Below are positions 10,244-18,555 of a stretch of DNA of 18,555 nt, piece after piece. Source of the stretch: Ginkgo biloba (Eukaryota > Plantae > Ginkgophyta); NCBI GenBank assembly GCA_024626585.2, contig JANKJI020000004.1, forward strand, positions 113,333,927 to 113,352,481, written 5' to 3'. Made by a program: the position numbers and the translations under genes. The stretch's first letter is position 1. Each line of letters begins with the position of its first letter. The notes beneath the pieces are model-generated. The model searched no databases and was not told the origin of the DNA. It was given only the letters and a program-made list of their open reading frames with translations.

Positions 10244-10929
10244 TTTTCTACCTATGATTTTGTGTTATGTCATGTCCTTTTCTATTCTTATTGGGACTTT
10301 TTACAATCTAAAATTCTTCTCGACTACACTAGTGGACCCTTTTGCTCTTGTACAATTCACACCAAGATTTGAAAAAATATCAATAATTGATCTCCATACA
10401 TGAATATTAGCTATCAATAAGAGATGAACTATTGAACCTTTTTGGAGTTTTCATTTTTACACAAGTATGGTATCTATGGTTTCTTTTAGTGTCAATCCTT
10501 TTTGCATTTTGCATTTTCATTTGAAATTTTTTTAATGTTTATTAAATTTTAATTGATTTGCTTATTTTATACTCTTAAGTTTCCATCAACTAAGATTTTA
10601 GATTTGTAATCCTTATTATATCAATCTTCTTAGTTAATAAAAATTCATACTTTATTGTTTTATATTTTGTAAGCAAATCATCTGAATATGATATTTTGTT
10701 GAGTTGGTATAATTAAATTTTGCACTTTTACAAAATTACTTGATTTTATCATTTTTTGATGATGGAATCCCCTACTTATCTATTTTAATAAGGAAAGGCA
10801 TAGGACCTCAAACTTTATAATGTAAATTAGTAATATATGCACTTGGGATATAGAGCCCAAATCCAATTGAGGGATCCACCTCTAAGACCTTGCTAAGGGG
10901 CTTCTCCCCTTCCACCCCATTAATAACTT

Positions 10930-13662
10930 TGGCTTGAGACTTAATCATGTAGAATAGTTAGTTCTTATAAAATATTTTATGAATTTTCTTATGGTAATCA
11001 TATTTTCATCCAATATTAATTAAATCCAACAATTAGTTTTTATAGTTAGCATTGAGTTATATTAAAATCAAAGAATCTCAACTTTACTAATGAACTTATA
11101 TATGTTAAAGGATATCTTGATAAAAAATCAATAATTTATTGTGCATACCTTTCTTATGTCAAATGCCTAAGCTAAATTGATGTAAGTTTGTTTACCACTT
11201 TAGAGGCTTAGTCTTTTGTAACTTGGAGTGATTTTATATATATATTACAATGGTTTTTTATNNNNNNNNNNNNNNNNNNNNNNNNNNNNNNNNNNNNNNN
11301 NNNNNNNNNNNNNNNNNNNNNNNNNNNNNNNNNNNNNNNNNNNNNNNNNNNNNNNNNNNNNNNNNNNNNNNNNNNNNNNNTATCTTTAGTATTTTATAAC
11401 TCTCACTATTTCATACATCTTCTTGTCATATGTAGAGTAATTATGAATAATACTTAAGAATATCTCAAAGAGGTAGGAAATAGGCTTGCCGTGTTGTATG
11501 GTCATTTCTATCATTATATATCCCAACACATTTTCTTTAATATCAAATGATACATTTAGATTAGGTAATTCCAACACTAGTGCATTACATACTTTTTACN
11601 NNNNNNNNNNNNNNNNNNNNNNNNNNNNNNNNNNNNNNNNNNNNNNNNNNNNNNNNNNNNNNNNNNNNNNNNNNNNNNNNNNNNNNNNNNNNNNNNNNNN
11701 NNNNNNNNNNNNNNNNNNNNNNNNNNNNNNNNNNNNNNNNNNNNNNNNNNNNNNNNNNNNNNNNNNNNNNNNNNNNNNNNNNNNNNNNNNNNNNNNNNNN
11801 NNNNNNNNNNNNNNNNNNNNNNNNNNNNNNNNNNNNNNNNNNNNNNNNNNNNNNNNNNNNNNNNNNNNNNNNNNNNNNNNNNNNNNNNNNNNNNNNNNNN
11901 NNNNNNNNNNNNNNNNNNNNNNNNNNNNNNNNNNNNNNNNNNNNNNNNNNNNNNNNNNNNNNNNNNNNNNNNNNNNNNNNNNNNNNNNNNNNNNNNNNNN
12001 NNNNNNNNNNNNNNNNNNNNNNNNNNNNNNNNNNNNNNNNNNNNNNNNNNNNNNNNNNNNNNNNNNNNNNNNNNNNNNNNNNNNNNNNNNNNNNNNNNNN
12101 NNNNNNNCTCAAATTCATACAAGTGTCTTCTTCTCAAATTTACATTTAGTTGTATCCTAACCTTAAGCCAATCTTGTTGAAATACTTGGTACCTTGAAGT
12201 TAATATAGAATTTTTGTGCTCTTAGGTACTATATATCTATTCTTGATAGAGATTTATTAAGTGTTTTGAATTTGATGGATATTATTTAAGTATTATATTT
12301 CTTAGATTCTAATTGACTAGTGGTCCAAATAGTTTAGATCTTACAATTATTTATTTCCTTATTCTCCAACATAGATATTTTATAAATTTGTGATTTTTTA
12401 GAAATATTAAAACCTTATATAAGTTTATAGTATGTTGGATAGACCTAAAGGGAGAATTCAATATAATTCCTCGAACACATCTTCATATTTATAAAGAAAA
12501 TATTTATCTACTTTTCTTGATCTTCACCTTCAATGGAAGTCTTATGAGAATTATCCTGCTTATATTTTATGGTTTCAATAAGAAAAACCTCTAAGAATAA
12601 TTCATTATCTTTTTTAATTAATTATTTGAGATAAAATCTCTTTGATATTTTTCCTTTATATCCTTAACTAGTATGTATTAGTGAGATATTTATCTATAAT
12701 ACATATATTTATCCCAAAGGTAAGTTCACAAATCATCCCAGGAACATCAAATGGGACTACATCATAGAGGTAATAAAAAAATTGGATTTAAATTATTTAG
12801 TGATGATTAATTAAATACATGTATGCAACAAACATAAGGTACATAATTTCATATGATTTATTATAAGAAAAGTAAATTCCATCATAATATATTCAAAAAA
12901 TAGATTCTACTAACTCCCTAAATAAAACTTTTCTCCCATCAGATTATTCTTGATATGTATCTTTGTGTTAAATTAATAGTCTCATTTCTCTTTAATATAT
13001 TTCTTAATACCCATATTATGAACCAAAGTCACAACATTGGTCATATGATATGAATCCCTAAAAAGTCCACTTATTATATGTTAAGAAGAGTAAAATAAAT
13101 TTTATGGCCTAAGAAAGGTAAAAAGAGAAAAATTATATTACAAAATAATAAGGTTCATTTGGGCCAAATTTTATAGTCCTGGATAAGCTATTGTCATTAT
13201 GGAGTAAGTTACACCAAATTAGGCTATAAATATGACTTATATTGTCCTTATTTGATCAATAAAAAGTTATTTATTGAAGTAGTATAATTATTAAAAATAA
13301 GGAACTAAAGAAGTAATTTATTTCAACTCTAGGCTCATGACATTAGTTCTTTTTGTGATCTTGATATGACTTGACTATTGTTAATGAGTGATGCTAGTTC
13401 TTTTTTAATTTTGCATTATCTTATGGTATCTTTTATTTTTTCTTTGATTAAATATTATGCTTATCTAGAATATTGGTAATTATACATTAGGGTTATTATA
13501 ATACCTAACAACTTATCTATCATCAAATTGGATAAGGATTTGGATCTCTCAATATTCCACAATTATTTTTTTTACAATATCTTTTCTAGATGTGAGAACT
13601 AAGAATCTTCTTGTATATGGCCAATATTCTTCCAATTTTTTAAAGTAGGATGCTTTCCTTGA
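10930..13662 (-). mobile_element. Degenerate Ty3/gypsy LTR retrotransposon, copy B (gag-protease-RT-RNaseH; integrase absent)
   Basis: RNaseH: LELPNLNVSFDIKENVLGY..QHGKPISYLFEIF..NYSTYDKKMYEIV (ORF 11386..11577) and SKLQKTKPLKW..HQF..HKKGMHNK..LSRYP (about 11105-11240). RT N-terminal part: ..LQGTKYFNKIGLRLGYN..EEDT (about 12120-12330). Protease region: YDVVPFDVPGM (about 12735-12770). Weak gag-like FKKLEEY near 13640. The RT core falls in the gap 11600-12107. Confidence 0.85.
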
Positions 13663-14598
13663 NNNNNNNNNNNNNNNNNNNNNNNNNNNNNNNNNNNNNN
13701 NNNNNNNNNNNNNNNNNNNNNNNNNNNNNNNNNNNNNNNNNNNNNNNNNNNNNNNNNNNNNNATCCAAGTTATTTTGGCTGGCATAACTATTTCATGGTT
13801 GTTTTCCATTGTTGTTGGTGTTTTGGCGGGTTGTTTTTGTTTACTTCATCCCCTGTTCTCTGTGGATACCCACTTTGTTTACCTTGTTCATTTTTTTTGT
13901 ATCCTTCTGTGCATTCCCATGAATCTTCCTATTATCCCTGCGTGGCCTGCATCATCCCTGATCTTCCCGTCGCGGCCTTTCCCTTGGCCCCTACTTCCCG
14001 TGGAAGATTTCAGGCCTGCGCAACCTCCCCTTGGATCCGCATTGAGCCTTTCTTCCCCTCTCTTTTCATGGTGCCCCACCCCTTGGGTCCTGTGCATTCT
14101 TTCCTCGCCCTAGTTCTCCCCTCACTGGTTCAACCGCCATGAACCCTAACCGCCGCCGCTTTCCCTACAACACAAAAACCTGACTGTGAGAAAATGAAAA
14201 CCTAAAAATAAACAAAGAAAAAAAAAAAAAATTATCAAACATTAACATAAAAAAGAAAAAGAAAAACATTGACCAAACACTCTTTTCACTTAACTTCAGT
14301 GACATGGATACCACTAAAACCCACCTTGGAGGAGTTAAACTTGACGAATGGGGCTAAAGTCCTCTTTTTGCCTCCGGAGGGATCCGTTTTATCACTTAAG
14401 CACGTAACTTTACAAGTTGGAAGTCTCACACATTAAAGTCTTGCCCCTCCTTTTCTGAGGCCCTCAAAAACAAAAAAAAAAAATCAATTTCAAAATAATA
14501 TCTTAAAAAAAAGATGTTTAAAATTTTGTTAAATTCAAGTGCAAAAGGGTGTTTTTCCTTAAGTTATTTTCCCCTTTTTGCTTCTTTTCTCTTCTTCA

Positions 14599-14629
14599 TT
14601 CGTCGAACAACCATCCTTCGTTCGACGAA
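14599..14629. repeat. Perfect 10-bp inverted repeat with 11-nt spacer
   Basis: TTCGTCGAAC (14599-14608), spacer aaccatccttc, GTTCGACGAA (14620-14629). Confidence 0.85.
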
Positions 14630-14750
14630 CGGCCTTCTNNNNNNNNNNNNNNNNNNNNNNNNNNNNNNNNNNNNNNNNNNNNNNNNNNNNNNNNNNNNNN
14701 NNNNNNNNNNTAATGACAACGACAATAAATTAAAAATTAAAAAATTGAGG

Positions 14751-14816
14751 TTGTTGACGCAGATTTCTCACGTCGCGTGTCGGTGGGTGCACGATGGGGA
14801 TTTCCCGTGTCAACAA
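14751..14816. repeat. 66-bp GC-rich unit bounded by 8-bp inverted repeats
   Basis: TTGTTGAC (14751-14758) and GTCAACAA (14809-14816), with imperfect inner complementarity, set in very AT-rich flanks. Confidence 0.75.
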
Positions 14817-16199
14817 GTTTAACAATTAATAAAATAAAACCATATTATGGTCCACCATATATGATGTAAGACTAGCTCATATTTTAAATAAGTTAATAAA
14901 TTATATATTTTTTATAGGTTATTACTTGGCAATATGGCCAGATGATTTTTTAGTCTTTTTGTTTATTTCATTAATAACTTTGATGAGATAGATTAATGTT
15001 CTTTCCCTATTTGAGTTCCCATCTTAAAAATAAGTTAGTTTGTTTATTTTTGAAACTGAGATAAACACCGGATCTTCNNNNNNNNNNNNNNNNNNNNNNN
15101 NNNNNNNNNNNNNNNNNNNNNNNNNNNNNNNNNNNNNNNNNNNNNNNNNNNNNNNNNNNNNNNNNNNNNNNNNNNNNTTTTAGCTAATGCCTACTAATAG
15201 AAAGTACACTTACAATAAGGAAACCATAGCTATAAAATTAGGAGAAACATCTAATTTAATTTACCATAGTGGTCCTTATTATGTGGAATATATCAATGGT
15301 GTCTATGAGAATACATTTTATGCATAGAAGAAAAAAATATCACATAGATACTTATTTCAAAGATGAATAGAAAACATAAAACATNNNNNNNNNNCTACAT
15401 AAAAGGAATGTAAATTAAAATCATAGGAATATATACCTACATCGCATTACATTAGAGAGACATTACTGTTCATAATTATGGGGTGTATGTATGTGTGTGT
15501 ATCAATCTATATTTGTATAAATCAAAGAATGCCTAAATAATAATGTATGGTATAAGTATAAAAAAGTGTACAAAATATGGATCTCAAATGATTCCACCAC
15601 ATCATCAAATATATCAAATAAAATGATTAATGGCTAGGCCCTGAACCATTAGAGCCTATTGGTAGATGGCCACCCTTCAAATAATAATACTTGTTTTCCT
15701 TCTTCTCCTCCCTCTTCTACAACCTCTAACAAACTTGAGCAATGCTCATAATGAGCTAGTTGAGCCTGTAGTCATCAGTATATAGCCACCCTAAATAAGA
15801 TCAATCCTCAACACTCAAGGAACATATGGTATGAGGTAAAACATATACCTCCAAGAACCTATTTGTCAATATCATAACCTTTGGCCTCTTAAAAACTATG
15901 CTGGTGGGAGGAGCGATAAGGGATGAATCTCACCCATGATCTATTCACACAATATAGATTAGAATCATTAGCCAAATAGATGATGTAATATACATAAAAT
16001 ATAATGAAAATAAGAAAATAATTGTGTCACCCCTTCCAAATCATCCTACTTACTAATAGAACACAATAAGTTAGAATCCTAAGACTAATCCATGCCAATA
16101 TAAGATAAGTACATGAACTCTAGATATGATACTACCTAAAAAATATTCAACCATTCATCAATCATACCCATAAATTTTTCTCTATATAGAAAAACCTTC

Positions 16200-18150
16200 T
16201 CTAAACCTGAGTACAATCATTGTCCACTTTGTTAATTAAGGATCTAATAGAACAATATGAACAAGATACCTCATAGGATGTAATTCAAATAATCACTTAA
16301 AAAAAATTAAGAGTAAGATAAAGGGATAGGAAAAGTAGTGGATCCCATGTTAATGACATCTATCAATACGTTAGATAATATATATAAGAACCTAAACATA
16401 TTAATACCCAACTATAAAACTATTAATTATTGAAGCATATTTGAGGGAAAAATTCTTCCATCTAGCTGCCATCAATATCTACTTTATCAATAGAAAGTAA
16501 ATCCATTTCTGAAATTCATACTATATATATCGGAATAACATCCTATCCTAAATAATGTAGGTTGTTCTTGTATTTGGATTTGCTTAAATCATATACATAC
16601 ACACATGTATACATATGCATATTAAAGTATATACTCTAACATCATAGATAAATCTTAGTACATCCTATATCTACAAAGTATAAATAAACTCTTAACTCAT
16701 TCTAAACTCCATGTCATCCTATATTTAGAATATATGAGTATCTATCTCCATCAACTATTAATCATCTATAATAATTAATCATTAGTCTACCAAGGAATAG
16801 TATTTATGAACACTAGGGGTCTACAATCCCTTAATGTATTATAGACACCTTAGAATATCATTAATGTCTTATATCTCTTTTTCAAATATCTCATGGATAT
16901 ACAAGTTTCTCTAAATAGCTATAATTTTTCATTTCTTGAAAATAACCATAACAACTATTAAAAGAAGGACATATGTTAGTAGACAATAGCCACTTAAAGT
17001 AAGAATTATAAAACATTTAAAATATATTGAGTTATTTTACTTTAAGTGATCAACTTAAACAGTTATGGAGAATTAAACCAATTAACTCGTATAACTACAT
17101 AAACCCAAAATGATTGGTTTATCTATCCGGATACTATCAAACTTACTGGAATGTATCCCTCTCAAAACCTCAATTAATTAGTCCCACAACTGGGCTCAAA
17201 AAAATTAATTGACAAACATAAAATAAGGTGAGTTAGAGATTTATCTCAAAGGATGTGCATGTTAGATATATGAATCTACAAATCTAAAGCTTTCCCTTTA
17301 AGTCATGAAAAATGATTTAATTAAAAAACACTTTAAGTAATAAAGTTACTTTAATTTTGTTCCTTCCTTATCAAAGTGGACTAACTCATTAAAAAAATCC
17401 TATTTTGAGATGATCTCTTTATANNNNNNNNNNNNNNTAGATTAATTATCATCATTCCTCGTACGGAGTTAGATTCATAAATAAATCTAGTCATTATAAT
17501 CTCCAACATACACTACTAAATGAGACAAAGTAAGTTATCTTCCATATATGTCACTTTATTGGTTAAACATGAAATACTAAATCTAAGTACGAAATTGTAT
17601 CAAGTCTCAAGTATAATGGTGACATATTAACATTACTTACATCATAGTATGCATTGACTCTTAAATGTTGGTTATCCTTCTCAATAATACCTATTTATGC
17701 TAAATATATTCCTATTTATTAACATCCACTATGTTTTCTACTCATGTTCCATTTGATCACATTCCCCTAGCTTTGAACCATGCATTTAATTATCTTTCCA
17801 ATGACATTATTACCTCACATATGTATAAAATCTATCTGCACTTGTATTTGAATGGATCTCATTTAATAAAGAAAAATATTTATTTCCTTCTCTGATTATA
17901 TCATGGATCCCTATGGGACATATATAAGATAATTCCATAATTTAAATATATATACTTATCCTCCTTTTTTTTTGAGTTCCTGTTATTCCTCTTTGTTACT
18001 GCTCCCTATCCATCCACCAAGTTTAGTATTGAGTTCAAAGCATTGATTATTTTAGCCATCCAACCTAAACTCATGTTAGTTATGTAGTTTGTTACTTCAT
18101 CACTCACAATATACATATCCCATTACCCATACCATATAGAGTTCAAGATA
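16200..18150 (-). mobile_element. Highly eroded CACTA (En/Spm) DNA transposon, TnpD/Tnp2 transposase fossil
   Basis: 17253-17158 reads SFEINL*LTLFYVCQLIFLSPVVGLIN*GFER, which aligns without gaps to the DUF4218 pattern FFDI.VHLL.HLV.E..L.GPV..RWMYPFER and is followed by ..GFM.. (GSM). Upstream (about 17980-17900) G..KRRISI..FKL.W..L..H.DP resembles GMKRLSIF.LPYW..L..H..DPMH. Downstream (16244-16212) DP*LTKWTMIV resembles the DUF4216-associated DP....W.VV. The motif order is correct. Boundaries are approximate and no TIRs were found. Confidence 0.6.
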
Positions 18151-18555
18151 TATTCTTAAGCCTATTATATTTATTTCTTTATGTAGTTTGTGTCCTTTCA
18201 TTTTCTATGAGCTCCATACATGACCTATTCACTCGAGTGTCGAATGAAGAGGATCGCCCAACAATAACAACTCCCATGGATGATCTTTGCCTATTCACGT
18301 TGCCCGTTTCATCTTCTCTACAGATCCTTCCATGCGACATAAACATATCTATCATACACCGCCTGCTTTGGATCACACTAAGGTTTCATCATTACTGTGA
18401 ATCAAGGCATCCAAGCATCTACTTATTTAACTTTATTCCTCAACCATTATTATTTCGATTGTTGCCAGAGGTTGTTCTTGTTCTCCATAGGGTTTTTAAA
18501 ATCACGGTAGAGCCATCAACTAGTTTTCACAGATTTCTTCTCAATAACCACATCT

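Larger units (their letters stand above)
13763..14820. other. GC/CpG-rich island with inverted repeats; probably a younger TE fragment of undetermined class
   Basis: Abrupt rise in GC and CpG relative to the flanks. Purine-rich on the minus strand over 13780-14160, with poly-A runs and hairpins at 14599-14629 and 14751-14816. No recognisable protein domain. Confidence 0.45.

Noticed and set aside
4876-12160. Long ORFs at 4876-5263, 6437-7342 and 11486-12160
   Set aside because: Their length comes from N runs. The real flanking residues belong to gypsy fossils or are noise.
14300-14322. TGGTATCCA (minus strand) as a tRNA-Met primer-binding site, or CACTA (plus strand) as a transposon terminus
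   Set aside because: The match to TGGTATCAGAGC stops after 7 nt and is not preceded by an LTR CA end. CACTAAAACCC lacks a typical TIR continuation or partner.
16820-16960. Plant mobile domain (PMD) similarity: RETCI..GVYNTLR vs SETCTFH..EDVYRILR
   Set aside because: Few matching residues with wrong spacing, and the segment lies between two collinear CACTA transposase motifs.
18080-18191. 13-bp direct repeat TTATGTAGTTTGT, 99 nt apart, as a TSD
   Set aside because: No terminal repeats between the copies. AT-rich and could be chance or a small local duplication.
18179-18376. 65-aa minus-strand ORF
   Set aside because: Short, non-ATG start in the track, and no recognisable domain.

Overview
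AT-rich land-plant nuclear DNA (gymnosperm-like by inference from repeat style) from a gappy assembly. It holds one real gene: a minus-strand P-class PPR gene (about 10 repeats, no E/DYW domain) closely resembling Arabidopsis At3g15200. The ORF track splits and probably mis-starts this gene. I find a likely first coding exon at 3735-3615 (MLRRKILRGLA...) that splices in phase to 3213 and gives a mitochondrial-type presequence. One PPR repeat (2104-2202) is occupied by an N-gap plus about 72 bp of opposite-strand Ty3/gypsy pol-like sequence, which is most likely an assembly chimera. The rest of the window is decayed transposable-element DNA: two separate same-orientation Ty3/gypsy fossils (about 5640-8815 and 10930-13662), an intervening repeat-rich segment with a decayed coiled-coil ORF, a CpG-rich island with hairpins (13763-14820), and a heavily eroded CACTA transposase (about 16200-18150). 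I see no convincing evidence for a new biological system. The most valuable observations are the corrected gene model and a few unexplained TE-associated structures. All homology calls come from motif recognition by eye, not database searches.
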